Shown here piece after piece: positions 35,743 through 50,569 of a DNA stretch of 64,000 nt. Made by a program: the position numbers and the translations under genes. Source of the stretch: Octopus vulgaris. Taxonomy: Eukaryota. The notes beneath the pieces were generated by a model. It ran no database searches. It saw only the letters and a list, made by a program, of their open reading frames with translations, and was not told the origin of the DNA. The stretch covers positions 34,782,001 to 34,846,000 of the forward strand of contig OX597833.1 in the NCBI GenBank assembly GCA_951406725.2. The letters are read 5' to 3'. Position 1 is the first letter of the stretch; each line of letters begins with the position of its first letter.

Positions 35743-38400
35743 CAGTTTGTGGTCACTGACTTTGCCTTTCATTCGTCTGGCAGTGAGTTTGACAGAGCAA
35801 CTGCCATTAGCAAACTGAAGCCAATGGAAACAGCTATAATACCTTCCTTACAAATTTGGTTCTGTACCTAGAGGAAAGAAATTGTTGTTATTGTTATTAT
35901 TTATTATTATCATTATCACCATCATAATCATTTTGATTAACACCACTATTGTTTGTAACTGACCTTATTTTTTGCTGTACGCCACCTATTTACTATTTTT
36001 TTCCATTTTGTCTCTGTGAAAAATCAGAGTATTCAAGAGTCAGATTTTGAGATCTAGTACTCAAGGCAGATAACAATCATACTTTTACTAATATAAATAA
36101 TTATATATATGTACATGTAGACACACATATATACATACATTCATACCTTACACCTTTAAGTAAATATACACACACACACATGTAACATATATATTTATTA
36201 TACTCACACATTCACACGTGTACATATATATTTATATATATATACACACACACACACATATAAATATATATATAAATCTTACTTTGCCATCACTTGAAGT
36301 GTTAGGGAATTGTAATTAATGGCATAGGCAATGTGCCTGCTACTGAATTGTTGGGGTCTTTACTCTTTGTCCTCTTAGCTAAATGAATGTCTGACTAGAA
36401 AACATCGAAGCACATCCGCACACACACACACACACACACACTTGCTGTTCCTCTTGTTTCCACCCACTACCAGAGCCTGAACTATAGAGATATACTTAAG
36501 ATAACATAATAGATATTGCTCTACTTGTGTGTTATCTGAACTTTTATTTATATTAAAATATATCTTTTAGTATTTTCCATTTATAGTGGTGGCTGTCATT
36601 GTAGTGCTCCTATTTAAAAAAACTGTGGGTAATTCTGAATAATTTATTCATTTGGTTACTTCTGTGGGATTCTGGATTGGATGACTTTAGTAGAATGGTA
36701 ATATTCTGGAATTAATTTCATCAACTACCAAATCCTCACCTTCTCTAGAAAATTCATCTTTTGCCAATTTGTCTCCCAAAACCCTCTTTTTTTTTATTTT
36801 CATTATACTACTAATGTATTTTGCATGTGGGGGAAACAGTATTCGCTAGACTACATGGCTAACTATGTCACAGTATTTAGATTTTCTCTACTACCTTCTG
36901 ATTTCAAATCTCAAAGGATTTGATTCTATCTGCCATCCCTTTAGGGATCAAGAAAAGAAGTACTAAACATGTATTGGTTTAGTACTTCTTCAATCAACTA
37001 TGTTTTAGTTGTGTACCAATGTGAGAAATTATCATCATCATTATTATTATTATTATTATTGAGCTGGCAAAATTGTTAGCACACAGGTGAAATACATAAT
37101 GGTATTTTGTCTGTCTTTATGTTCTGAGTTCAAATTCTGCCAAAGTCGACTTTACCTTTCATTCTTTCAAGGTTGATAAAATAAGTACCAGTTGAACACC
37201 GAGGTTGATGTAATCTCTTTATCTCCCACCACAAAATTGTTGGCCTTGTGCCAAAATTTAAAATCACCATTATTATTATAGAAGGGATGAAGATTTTCTT
37301 TGAAAGTTGTTTCTATTGTTTGTCTTACACTCAACAACCAGAAAGATAATTGTCTGTGATATTGAATTAGCAATTTTGATTATGCCCCACCCTTTCATAT
37401 TTACTAAATTTCTTTGCTATGTTTTGGTATGATGTCTTTCTGTAAAGGTAAAGACAAAAAGGAAGGGATAGGGTGCATCAGAATCAAGTAATTATATTGT
37501 AAATATATTTTTGGAAATAATTATTATTTTATGAATTCAGTCATTAATTGATTTGAAAATTTATTTCCATTTCTTTCCCTTCTTTTTTTAAATACTTATT
37601 ATTATTTTTTTTTTGTCTTTCTGAAATGTCTTCTTCCTCCTCTTTCTGTCTCATATCATCATCATCTTCCATAGACTTCACCATTTCTCTCTGCATTACT
37701 TCATTTATTTGTGGAGAATTATTCCCTCCCACCAGTTAAACCTTTCTACTCAACCTGGAATTTACATATATGTGTGTGTGTGTGTGTATGTGTAGATATA
37801 TATTGATAGCTGATTAGTAAATATTCAAAAGACATAGATAAAGGTTACACACATGCAAGGAAGAGTGGTCACTGATAGGTTGACTTGATCGAGTAGTTCT
37901 GTGAAGGAAAATTCAGAAGTTTGAAAAGTTTTACAGTTATTAAAGATAAATTATTATGATAAGAATGATGGATTGACACTATTGTTAGTGTCAGACCAAA
38001 TGCTCTGTGATTATTTCTTCCAGCTCTTTTTACATTCTGAGTTGAAATTCTATCAAGGTCAGCTCTGCCTTTCATCCTTCCAGAGTTAATAAAAGAAAGT
38101 ACTAGTAAAGTACTGAAGTATCAACTATACCTCCTCCCTTCAAAGCCGCTGGCCTTGCATCTAAATTAAAGCATTATTATTAAATTGATGGAGAGGTAGT
38201 ATTTGGTTGACCTCCTGACAAAATATATATTAGGGTTGGATAAAATGAAGCCCTAGTAGTCTATAGGGTTTTTGAATCAATCATGTGTACTCTTCCTTAG
38301 AACTGTGTGATCCTGTGACATTGTGAAAAATCATTATTAAGATGAATAGAATGACTTAAGTGGTGGAGCACAGGATGAACGTGTTTTGTGGTATTTAGGT

Positions 38401-38635
38401 AAGGAGCTGGCAGAAACGTTAGCACGCCGGCGAAATGCTTAGCGGTATTTCATCTGCCACTACGTTCTGAGTTCAAATTCCGCCGAGATCGACTTTGCCT
38501 TTCATCCTTTCGGGGGTTGATTAAATAAGTACCAGTTATGCACTGGGGTCGATATAATCGACTTAATCCGTTTGTCTGTCCTTGTTTGTCCTCTCTGTGT
38601 TTAGCCCCTTGTGGGTAGTAAAGAAATAGGTATTT
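38401..38635 (+). mobile_element. Young SINE family C copy
   Basis: CpG-intact; near-identical to the inverse of 59365-59765; GGTATTTAGGTAAG occurs at both ends. Older copies at about 37060-37275 and 37970-38180. Confidence 0.85.
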
Positions 38636-41600
38636 AGGTAAGTTTATGTTCTTAACCAATAAAATATGCACTTGTGATCTACTAGTGATCTGATATAAGA
38701 AACCATTATTATGAAGGTGAGACAGAAAATAATGCAACTTTTATTTGCATTATTTTCTGGTTCATCCTTGTGCTATTTACTCTTTCATTCAAGTACTAAT
38801 ATTGATTTAATCAACAAACCTCTCCCCCAAATTTTTGGCCTATGTTAGAAACATTATTGTCATTATTATTATTTCATTTTAAAGACTTTATGGGAAACAT
38901 ACAGTGAAAGGTTTGATATTTTAATCAATGAAGTACAGCTGTTATTTGCATTCTCCCCCAAGCACCTGGTTTATATATGCAGTGCTTTCTGTTGGGTTCA
39001 AAACTAAGACAGCCGTCTGACATAAACAAGGTATATATTTGGCCTTTGAACTCTTGAATACTGCATCTGTAAATGGTGAGTGGCGGCAGTGTAGGTTGTG
39101 GTGTATAAAAATCAAGCTAAAGATAAAAAATTATCAGTTATTAAGAATTATCAAATGCAATTTAACTGTTCTGCTTAATATTACAGCAAACACTTGATAA
39201 AGAGAAAAAAAATGGTTGTCACACACATGTATAGATTTATATACATTCACACTCATACAACTATACATTCCTCATTTCTGGTTGTCATCTACATTGTTAT
39301 TGTTATTATTACAGTTTTATATAAACAACCTGGTGAATTATCTCATTTGGATTTGTGTCCATTAATATATCAGAAGAGCCAACAAGCATATTGTTTGTGG
39401 AAAAAGAAAAAAAAACTGATTTAAAAAAAAAAATCAGTGGCTGTTTTTTGCTGTTGTTTGTTGTAGTCAGCTCTGATAGAATAGTCTCTATCACTGGAGT
39501 AACTAATTAAACATTTAATGACTTTCAAGAACAGATCTCTGTCTTATAGGTTCTTGGTTTTTAAACATACAGTCCACTGTGATGGTATCTGATTGCTAAG
39601 CTTGTCTGGTTGCCAGATAACATTGAACATATTTAATGGAAATCTTTTAGCTTGAATGGCTGTTTTAGCTCTGTCTTCCATGTTTCCTTTATGGTTACTG
39701 AAAACAAATTTTTGGTTTGATCAAACAAAAATGTCTTTTTCAAATTTAAATCCTGACATGAATGAGCTGGTTCTAGAAATTCACTCTGCATGAATTGTTG
39801 AAGCAAGCACTGTTTTTTTTTTTAAGCAGCTGGATATCCTTCTTTAATCATTCAACTATATAGAGGGAGAGATATCCAATATTTAGCTAGATAACCTAAC
39901 ATAATATACTGTGCTTTTGCCAAGGGTCTACTTCACACAGGCATCTCCTTCCCTCTACTTTCACACAATATGTCCTGCACGGGATCCTCTGTGATTCTCT
40001 TTGAAATCAAACTTGTGCGCAGCAGAGTCAAATGTCTTTTAGTTGTGCTTAATGTGATTTCTAGTATCTTGACACAGTTGGTATAATGAAAAGAAAGTGT
40101 AGATACAAAATGGCTTGTGAAATCTATCACAAAGTGTGAGTGACATTTAGTTTTGCTAATTATCATATGAACTCCATATCTAAGAACACCCAAGTATATT
40201 AGTTCTTTAGTTTCTGTCCAATGGGACAGCAGAACAAAGTCTACTTTCTTTTTTTATCTTGTTATTATGTACGTAATGGTTGTTTAGTTTATGTGGCTGT
40301 TGTGCCACCAATCTAGCTGCTGTTATCAATATGTACCAAGTATACAGTGTGGTCTAATTGTTGGTTGTAAACTGTCCCATGTACTGTTGATGGTATAGTT
40401 AAATATTTAGTGTTGAAACTTCTCTGCTATATATTCAGTCTAACTTTTATGGTAGTGTTAAGAGAAGTCTAATTTAACTCTCTAAAGTAGCTTAGATCTG
40501 CTCACACACAGTACCTAGTGGTACCCATTGGTGGTATGTAAGTGAAATAGTATTTTAGAAAGCCATAAAATCCCAGTTTGGTCAATGAATGATGTTATTT
40601 AAAACCATTTTACCTGGTTTCAAAGTTTATATTTGGAGTCAGTCATATAGAAAAGAGAAGAGAATGTACATGCATTCATTATTCAATTCCGAATTGTAAT
40701 GTTTGATTTTGTAGTTATAAGTGATATGGTCATCCTTATCACTTTATTTATTGGTGATAACTCAAAGGTCAATCTCAAAATAATTTTGTCTTGTATGGCT
40801 TATTTGCTACCATATTAGTTTTTCTCAGTGAAGTAGATGAAGCAACTTCAATTTGAAGGGAGTTAAAATTAATCTCAAATAATATATTTACAAAAAGTAT
40901 AACCAAACTGATAATAGACAGTAGTATATTCATAACAATTGTTTTAGAGTAACTGAGGGGGTGTAGCTTGGAATTTAAGCTTTTTCTTTCGTTTTTTTTT
41001 TGAAAGAAAAATTCCAGTCATCATTATGTTTAGAATTCTGTTTAGGAGAGTAAAATGTTAGGGAAGTTGTTAATTTGGTTGTGTGTGTTTTTGCAGGAGT
41101 TAACATTTTTGCATATTTTCACATAGTCGTTCCAATCTTCTACCATTACTGATATGTTCTGGTGAACCTAATTATGTTACCGTCCAGTCAGTCAGAATAA
41201 TGAGAAATCCTCTATCTGTAATCCATATTAGAAATTATTCTTGATTTAATATTGAGAGACTTCTTGGAAGGAGTTTCTTCATGTTGATCCGTGTATAATT
41301 CCATAGCACTGAACTACTCTGCAAATGTAAGAAATAACAGGGAATCATTGGTGGATTTCATTTCCTGGAAGGAATGCCATCAACGGTTCTCTACTAATTC
41401 CTACATTAACAGAATAATTTCTGACTTAGCATTTGTGCTCTGTTTTGGTGGCATCCAAATGCAGTTGATCTCTTGAGAGGTGGTAGGTTGTATAACACTA
41501 TGAAGCCAAGTGTTTGCAATATGGATTAAGTATTTACACTTAACATTATCGAATGACTTTTTTTTTTATATATATAGTCTACAGTAAAATTTTCATACAT

Positions 41601-43227
41601 GTGCAAAAACAAACAAAAATATAACATTAGATGGATCTCTTGTGGCTGTTGGTCTGGGCATAGCTGAAACAGACTTTATTCATTTTTTTTTTTTCAAGTG
41701 TATTTGTTTTGCAATTATATTTAAAAAAAAAACAATTGGAGGTGTTCCCATAAAACTAATTCCAGTGTGAAGATGTTTGGCTACTTTGGAACAACTAACT
41801 CCCTAAATGATAGAGAGGCATTGCCTATTTTTATCTCTTCTCCACTCTTAATTTTTGCCACTGAAGGCGGCAAGCATTGCACAAGCTCTGGGGAAAAATC
41901 TACAGAATTTTACTTACAAAAAGCCAAAGAAAATCTACTCTTTCCGATCCCAATCTTGATATTTGATATTATTTGTTGTCATAGTGATCAGAAACTTGTT
42001 TGTTTTTTTTTAAATTTCATATTGTCTTCCTTAAAAGTTTTCAGCAATTTCAAGCCACCTTATTTGCATTATTTAATTTTTGTATTTATCTTTTTAATAC
42101 ACTTTAGTGTCTTAATCCTGTCTTTTTTTATTAGTTTGTATTTTTTTTAAATGACAATACTGAAAATTTATTTTTGAAATTTAAAAATTGACAGGAAAAG
42201 AAAAAGAAATGCAAAAAAATAATCTTTTAACTTTCTATCTTTTTCTTCTTTTTTTTTTTTTTGTAATTTTGTTCTCCATTTCTTTCCATCCATCCTTTTT
42301 TTGAAATTGTTTTGCCTGAAGAATGAAAGTTGATTAAGAATTGTAAATAATGTTTAAAGGAAGAAATCATGTCAACAAATACAACAAAACAAAAAGAGTT
42401 TGTTTAATCTTCCCTGCTGTTTCCACCATTACTGTCACCATATCTTTAGTATTCTGAACCAATTTTAGGCCAACTGAATGCTAGATTGTGGCTGATTGGC
42501 AGATTCAGAAGAGCATTGGGCAAAATGCTTAACAGTATTAAGTTGTATCTCTTTACATTCTTAGGTGAAATCTCAGTATAGTTGGCTTTTATTATTTTTT
42601 TCATTTGATAAAATAAGTTCTAGTATTGGAAATAGATTTAATCTACTCTATCTCCTCCTATCCTCTACAAAATCTCTATCCTTGTGCCTGTGTTAGAAAT
42701 GAAAAAAATTGTAGAGAGGTTTGAGAACTTGTGTTACTGAATTTAGTTTTGGTCAATGAGCTTGCAAGTTAAAATTCCATTTGGGCCCATTTTTTTACCA
42801 TTGTGGTAATCAACAAAATAAGTACCAGTAATATGCTGAAGTGAAGGCTTCTCATTTCAAGTGATTAAATATTTCCTTTTTATAGAACTCAATCCTTCTA
42901 TCAATAGATGTTTTGTATTATCAAGATTGAACAGAACTCACAAGATGAGATAAATTCTGCAATCAATTTGTCATTATCACAATTTGCTGTTCTTTCTCTT
43001 AAAAATCCCTAGTATGTTTATGAAAGAAATAGTTATTTAAAAATAAAAGAGATTAAAATGAAGTGTTGTAAAAGTGATTTGCATCAGTGACATGGTCACT
43101 CCTGGTTAAAGTAATTTAACTACATTTAGGCTGGTAATATTCTTAGGAAAGCACAAATATCACAGCACTCCATTTCCAATTTTCCTAACTTTGATAATCT
43201 CACATTGACTTATAGAAAGAAAATGTC

Positions 43228-43540
43228 AGTTCAAATCTTATTGAGATCAACTTTAATGAAATAAATACCAGATCTTTTAAAATCAAATTTGTGGTCTCGA
43301 GCCCTTTTTCTCAACTACCAATATATTAAGTAACAAAGATATTTAATATCCTTGTTACTAATATATTGGTAGTTGAAAACAATCTAGAATTCCAAACTGA
43401 ACCTCTTCTTAGATTGATTTAACTGCGTAGAATGCTCGATGAAAGAACAAATACCAAATTTCCCTTTTCTTATTCTTTGCTAATATTGATATTTCAGGCC
43501 TAATTAAGAAATTGTAATTGCATGCTTATTGTTTTAAGTT
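43228..43540 (+). repeat. Direct duplication copy 1 (about 310 bp) with a 66-nt hairpin at 43311-43376
   Basis: High identity to 44724-45041. Confidence 0.9.
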
Positions 43541-44723
43541 GTTTTCAACAGGCAAAGGTTGATTATGAGGAATGTTCTATTTCTGACTCTTGAAGTGACT
43601 TAGAGAAAATAATTATTGAATTTTAAGGATAACCATGTTTATATTGATTAGTAAGATGGCATTTGATTTGAATAATATATATATACCCTCTCTTTCTCAA
43701 CACATATACTCTAATATTTTTTGTTAGTCTACATAACCTACTTGAAGACTTCTATCATCTTACAGTGTTGCTAGAGATCAGGTCATGTTGGTAGAGTCTC
43801 CCTGTTTCTAACCTATACTTATGGCCTGAATTTGAACTCAGCACTGCAAGCTAATAGATCCCTCATCAATCATAGTGCTATAGATGCTTACAGCAGTGAA
43901 CTAGGTCATTTGTATTTTGGTCATTGACTCAGTTTAGGGGAGATTCTCATCCTCAACATGCGCACTATATAAATATATATTCCTTGCCAACTGTAGAAGG
44001 CCTGCTTGCCTAGTAATCAGTTACTGTTCTGGTCTAGTGTTTCTGTTCAGGGATTAAGATGAGTTGGCTAGAATGGGGAGCTATCTCCAGTGTAGTGCCT
44101 ATAAAACAGTGCAAGTTAATTTCTCTGTCAACAATGGAAAGATTGGAACAGAATTCCTCTCAGACTCAGTAGATAACTTATTGCTTTATTTCTCTCAGTG
44201 TGTCATATTTTTCTGTCACTAGTTTCTTTATTTTACTTTTCCTGGTATGGAAAGATTTAAACTCAGCCTACATAATAATGAGACTCTTGTCAGGTATACA
44301 TTTTCTCTATTAGCTATAGTGGTAATCTGTAATTCCTTTTACACTGTTTATAACTTATTCTAGCCATGGTACAGTGAAGTATTAATATGTTTGCTTGGGA
44401 GTTAGTGTCTTAGTGTCTTCTGTTTAAGGTGAACTCTCAGCAGCCTTTGTTGGTTTGTTGTGGCATTAACTATAATGAAGAAGGGTGACCAATGGCAGAA
44501 TTAGTAAAATGCCTGATAAAATGACTTGTAGTATTTAGTTATATTTATGTTCAAAGTTTGAATTCTGTCAAAGTCAATTTTGCCTTTCTTTCTTTTGGAG
44601 TTGATAAAATAAAATACCAGGCAAAGTACTAGGATGATATAATGTGAATTTTTTTTTGTACTTTTATTATGATGGCAAGATTAGTAGAATTCCCGACAAA
44701 ATAAGAGTATTTATTTATATCCT

Positions 44724-45041
44724 GAGTTCAAGTCTTATTGAGGTCAACTTTAATGAAATATAAGATCCTTTAAAATCAAATTTGTGGTCTCGAGCCAATG
44801 TTCTCAACTACCAATATATTAAATAACAAAGATATTTGATATCCTTGTTACTCATATATTGGTAGTTGAAAACAATCTAGAATTCCTGACTGTCCTAACT
44901 GAACCTCTTCTTAGATTGATTTAACTGCGTAGAATGCTTGATGAAAGAACAAATACCGAATTTCCCTTTTCTTATTCTCTGCTAATATTGATATTTCAGG
45001 CCTAATTAAGAAATTGTAATTGCATGCTATTGTGTTAAGTT
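44724..45041 (+). repeat. Direct duplication copy 2 with a 66-nt hairpin at 44804-44869
   Basis: High identity to 43228-43540, with a short insertion near 44890. Confidence 0.9.
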
Positions 45042-46699
45042 TTTTTTTTTTATATATTTTAATTTTTTTCTTTTCATGTGAGTTGACTTCACTGATATCA
45101 CTAACACTATTGAGGATTGTATGATGTAATGACTTACCCCATTTATAAATATGAGACAGAATGTTCATATAAGAAACCATTAGAAGGATGATAATTCTTA
45201 TATTTTTTTAACTAACAATTAACTATGAATACATATAAAATAAAAACTACCTTTCTGAGCATTGGTTTCAAATGAAAAGTAGAAAAAAAAAATTATATAC
45301 TTCTGATATGATTTATTTTATATTTTAAAAATTGTAAAATGACTGTATTATTAAAAATATTTTTTAATTAAAATGTATTTAACAAACAGTCTGTACAAAC
45401 TCACAACTGAGTCCAAGAAAGTTTTTGTTTTTATGTTATAAAAGAATGAAATGTAATGAAACCAACCAATCAAATCAGTTTCGAGAAGGTCAAGTGTGTG
45501 AGTGGCTGAGTCAAGCTGTTGTTCCTTCTTTTCATGGTCAATATTAGACAGCTTTGGCCTTTTTTTTTTTTTGTTAAAGTGTAGTTACATGTCCTAGAAA
45601 GGATTTTGTGTTTTTATACTACAATTGTATCTATGTAAATATTTTCTTTCTGTCCACACCCAATATTTACCTTTCCCCCCCAGGTGTTCATCTGGTGTCA
45701 TGTGATTTATAGAAGGGAATATATTTTATTAAAATCTCTACCCCCCCATGTAGAGTAATTTATTTATATGTTTTGTTTTTTGTCTTTATACAATCTCTCT
45801 CTCTCACACTGTTATACTTACAAACACCACAAAAAATTTCTCTAAAATAATTCACCAAGAAATGCATTCAATGGTCACTTTTACTGCTAGAAATAGCTTA
45901 TTTTCCCCTTATTACACCCTAGTATCATCATCAGGCATGGATTTGACAGGAGCTGGCCAGGTAAAGCTACTGTGTCTGTTTTGGTAGGGTTTTTATTGCT
46001 GGATGCCCTTCCTAACACCAACCACTGTACAGAGTGGACCAAGTATTTTTTATGTGGCACTAGCATAAGCAAGGTCAGTTTGGGCATGGTTTTTGCAACT
46101 GGATGCCCTTCCAAATGCCAATCACTTTACAGTGAGGACTGGATGCATTTTATGTGGCACCAGCACTGGCAGGGTCACCAAGTAACTTACAAGACAAGGA
46201 ATTTTGAGAGTTGTTTCAGATGATGAAAGGGTAGGATGTGACAGAGAGGCAGGAACAGGTGTCTTGCTAGAGAGGAAGAGGTGATCTTGTTTCAGATGAA
46301 AGGTTAAAAAAAAAAAAAAGACATCGGCAAAAGTACTCCTAGATAATACAAAAGGACAGACTGGTCCTGGCTCAAATGATTATAATCAAGAGTTAGATCT
46401 AGGTTTAACAAACATCAATAAAATATATGGAATTTAGAACTGCATTGTTGTATGGAATACAACAGGAACACTTTATATCATGACTGAATTGACCAGAGCT
46501 CTCCTGGAGTACAACAACAACAAAGAAATGCATTGCAGGTATTACAGACTTTTCAGACACCGATTGCCTGGAATCTCTTTATGAGGGAGAACTTTGAATT
46601 CCTACAGCTGTCAGACTAGTTTACTTATATCTTGCACAGTACACTATTAATAAATTTGTAACATTTATACTAATGTGTGCTCTTTCACCTTATAGCTAC

Positions 46700-46990
46700 T
46701 CGTTGCCTGTGCTGGTAATGGACATGTCCTCTGTCTCCAACTAGGTCATCCTACCAGGGCTTTACTCTCATTTGATGTGACATCTGCAAGCTGGAAGAGG
46801 CAGTCATGGTAGGCCCTGCTCTGGATGGCTGGATGTAATTGGGGAAGATCTCCAAAGGTTCAATGTCACCTTAGAGGATGCATTGTGGCTGGTATGGAAC
46901 CACCAGCAATGGAGGGTACTGGTGGACTTGGTTGGCTCTATGCATGATGACATCTATGGGATGATCCCAGCCTCATCAAGCAAGAGCATG
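46700..46990 (+). mobile_element. RTE-like LINE 3' remnant
   Basis: HGRPCSGWLDVIGEDLQR resembles the RGRP..RW.D....DL motif. Confidence 0.45.
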
Positions 46991-47209
46991 AAGATTTATA
47001 CTAATGTACAGTTCAACAATTCAACAAAACAAATCCTTGTTCGACAAACAGCAATAAAATAAGGTAATCCACAAAGAATAACGGTAACAATATCTACAGC
47101 AAAAATTGCTTACCAGTAGCAAAGAAAAACACATCCACACAGTAGTGAGGGAAGCAAGCTTCTTACCACAAAGCTACTCCTGCACTTATATTAATAATAA
47201 TAATATTTA

Positions 47210-48467
47210 TAGGGTCATCCCATAAATAATGTGGTTTTTTTTATACTTCTTTTATTTTTCAAAATTAAGATAAACAAAGTTCTTTTTTAATCTAAAATAT
47301 ACTCTCCTTCATTTCATACAATGCTCTTCCATCTCTCTGGTAGACTTGCAAGGCCCCTCTTCCAAAATTCACTTGTCTGTGATGAAAAAATACTCCTCCA
47401 GTACTGTTCTGACCTCATCTTCAGAATTCATATTTTTTCCGTCCAAATGATTTTGAAGACTGCAGAATAAATGATGGGGCAATGTCTGGCAAATATGGTG
47501 GGTGGGGCATCGTTTCCCATTCAAACTGTTCCAGCCTTTGGGATGTTATCCTTGCTGTATGCAGCCAAGCATTATCCTGATGGAAGAACACCTTTTGTCT
47601 TGAAACCAAAGATGGTCGTTTTCCTTCTAGTGCTGACTTAAGCTACTCACAGTAGATCTCCTTTGTTATCATTTGGTTTGGGTTTAAAAGTTTGAAGTGG
47701 ACCCAACCTTTCATATCCCACCAAACATTACAACACCTTACATGGTAAAGACCTTCTTTAGCCTGGGGTGCTGGTGTTTCTTCTTTCCCTATCTACTGTC
47801 TTTGGCACTTGACATTTTGATATAGAACCCATTTCTTGTCACCAGTAATTCTTTGGTCCAAAAAAAGGTTCATTCGTGTGATGTGACAGCAAAGAAGAGC
47901 ACACATTCACTGTGCACGATTAAACTTGGAAAGTTTGTGAGGAACCCATTGACCCAATTTGCTGACTTTTCCGATGGTACACGAGTGTTGATGAATGGTT
48001 GAATGAGCAAATCTAAGCTTCTCTGCTAGTTCCTCAACAGTTACAATGAGATTTTTTCCACCGGAGTTTGCAGGATGTTCTCGTCGAACTCTACAGATCT
48101 TCCAGGAAGAGGCTCATCTTCTAGGCTGCAGTTTCCGACTTGGAATTTCTTCAACCACCATTAACTCTAGCTTACGCTTATTGTCTGATCCCCATACACT
48201 GCATTAATACACCTCGCACTTTTCCATTGTGTTGTTTCTTTTATTGAACTCACAAAGTGAAATATGCCAAACATGCTCTTTTGTCACTTCCATTATGGCT
48301 TTGAAAACAAAAATCAAACTACACTCTTCAAAATCTGCACTAAGAATAAGCACAAGGTAAAATTACTACCTGTTTTATAGCAAGCTGATGCAGGTAGTTT
48401 ATCCCACCCCACTCTGACTTTTAGTTCATGCAATTGAAAAAACTGCATTATTTATGGGATGACCTAA
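47210..48467 (-). mobile_element. Full-length degenerate mariner transposon
   Basis: TIRs TAGGGTCATCCCATAAATAATG / CATTATTTATGGGATGACCTAA with TA flanks; QDNAWLH and HPPYLPDIAPS motifs; many stops and frameshifts. Confidence 0.9.
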
Positions 48468-49330
48468 TATTATTAATGTGATAAAATATATTACATCAAA
48501 ATGTTGAATGGATTTGATAGGTGGAAACTGAAAGAAGCACATCATATGTATGTGTATATGTAGACATCACGTGATGGTTGTAAATGAGCATGGTTATTAT
48601 ACAAGTGATATAGTAGATTTCCAGTCTTCTCTGAATAACATGTCCGACCATAGGGAAATATTACATTGTTTGGAAACGAAGGTTAGCAACAGGAAAGGCC
48701 TTGACTGTAGAAAATCTGACTCAAGTATGAAAAAGTGGATGTTGAATGATGGTGATGACACGTGTTAACACTTACAGACCATTGTTGGCATGATTTCAAT
48801 GGATTCCATTACAAATGAAGTAATAATATAGCTAAGCTTCATTTATGTCTACACCAACAGATTCCTTACCAAGCCAACAACAGATATTGTCATCACCTTT
48901 TGCTTCACACAAACCTAGCTACCACAAACACTTCATAAGCAATTCCAAATTGCATCAGATCACCTACCAATTATTGTCATAACATACTTGTATATCAATG
49001 AAGAATGCAAAGATTCCTTTACAAATTTCCAAAATATGCAATTGAATTAATTCCATGAAGGAACAGTATCAGTGATGGTAATAAGCTATGTGGTTATTAA
49101 TTCCTAGCCAAAATATTAATAATTTGTACATCATCAACTCTATCAGTTTTCAAGAATTTAACTATCAACTCAATTTCACCAGATGTAAATAAATACAATG
49201 ACATATTTTTTTCACAACCTTAAAAGGTGGAAAACTTTTGGATATTTAACAAATACTTTATCATCTTAAATATTTTGTTATCTTATGCTTAACAACTTCC
49301 ATTAATGGATGCACTGGTTAGAAATCCATT

Positions 49331-50087
49331 TAATTATAATAATAATAATGAAATTATTGCATACAGTGCTCACGTGCACCACAATTTGTCAAAAGTGGGT
49401 ATAAAGCATATGCAGTAATGTACAAATGTCTGGAAAGTAAATAGTGTAGGAGTCAGATACATGCTTGCGTGTGTATGGAGGGGAGAAAATCAGGTGTAGT
49501 GTTGTCGAATCTCAGGAAGCATGGAAGTTTTGAAGGATGCAGTGCTCCGACAACTAACAACTGATGCCAGCAGTTTGTTCCATGCTTCAGCAACTCTTAG
49601 CATGAAAAAATGTTTCCAAAAGTCACGGGAGCTGTGCTGTTTTCTGACTTTGTAAACATTTCCACGGGTGTTAGACAGGTGGAGTTTGAAAAGGTGCACA
49701 GAGTTATTGTTAGTAAGATGGTTAATAATTTTATTGGTGTCAGCCAAGTCAGCTGCCAGACGTCGGAGTTTCAATGTAACCATGTCCAGGGAAGTAAGAC
49801 GTTCAGAATATGACTAAAGACTGATGGAGGGTATTCTCTTGGTTGCATGTTGCTGAACGGTTTCCAGACGATTAATATCCTGGACAAGATAGGGGTTCCA
49901 GACTGGTGATGCAAATTCCAGATGAGGGCGCACCATAGCTATATAAAGCCTCAGACAGATAGCCAGAGAGCAGCTCACAAGGGACTTGGTAAGTGATGCC
50001 AAGACACCCTCAGCCTTCTTGGCAATTTTAGCAATGTGTTTTGTCCAACGCAAATCGCTGTCGACAATAATGCCCAGGTCATGTTCA
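49331..50087 (-). mobile_element. Older 5'-truncated relative of the LINE at 1-2563
   Basis: MVRPHLEFASPVWNPYL and FFMLRVAEAWNKL; longer 3' UTR, same terminal GTGCAC.TGAGCACTG motif and (ATT)n tail. Confidence 0.9.
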
Positions 50088-50569
50088 CTGTGTGATAATT
50101 AAATTTTGAACTTTGGCATAAATTTACAAAATTGAGAATAGAAATAACTTTGGTTACATTACTGGTACTTATTTGATCACCCCTATTTTTCTAGAAGTGA
50201 AAAGTCAATTGTCCTAGAATTTGAACAGAAGACATTGGGGAATGTATATATTTCCGGATTGACATATTTCTTCTGAATTTAGCGAACATTTCTTCACTAC
50301 ATGTAGTTTTTTTTTTCATGCTAATTACAAAATCGTAATTATCTATATTTTTGAGATTATAATTATTAAAAAAATTGCGAACCTTCAAACTGAAATTTTT
50401 TTGTAATCTTTGCCAATTAAGTTTATCTCTTCTCGGCATGATGGAATTCCACATTTTTTTAGAAAACATCTAATACCAATCATGTTTATTCCATCCAGCA
50501 GACGATCATAATTGTCATGTTATTTATATATGTAGCAAACCATGCAAGCCCCCAAATTCCGTTTCTGAA

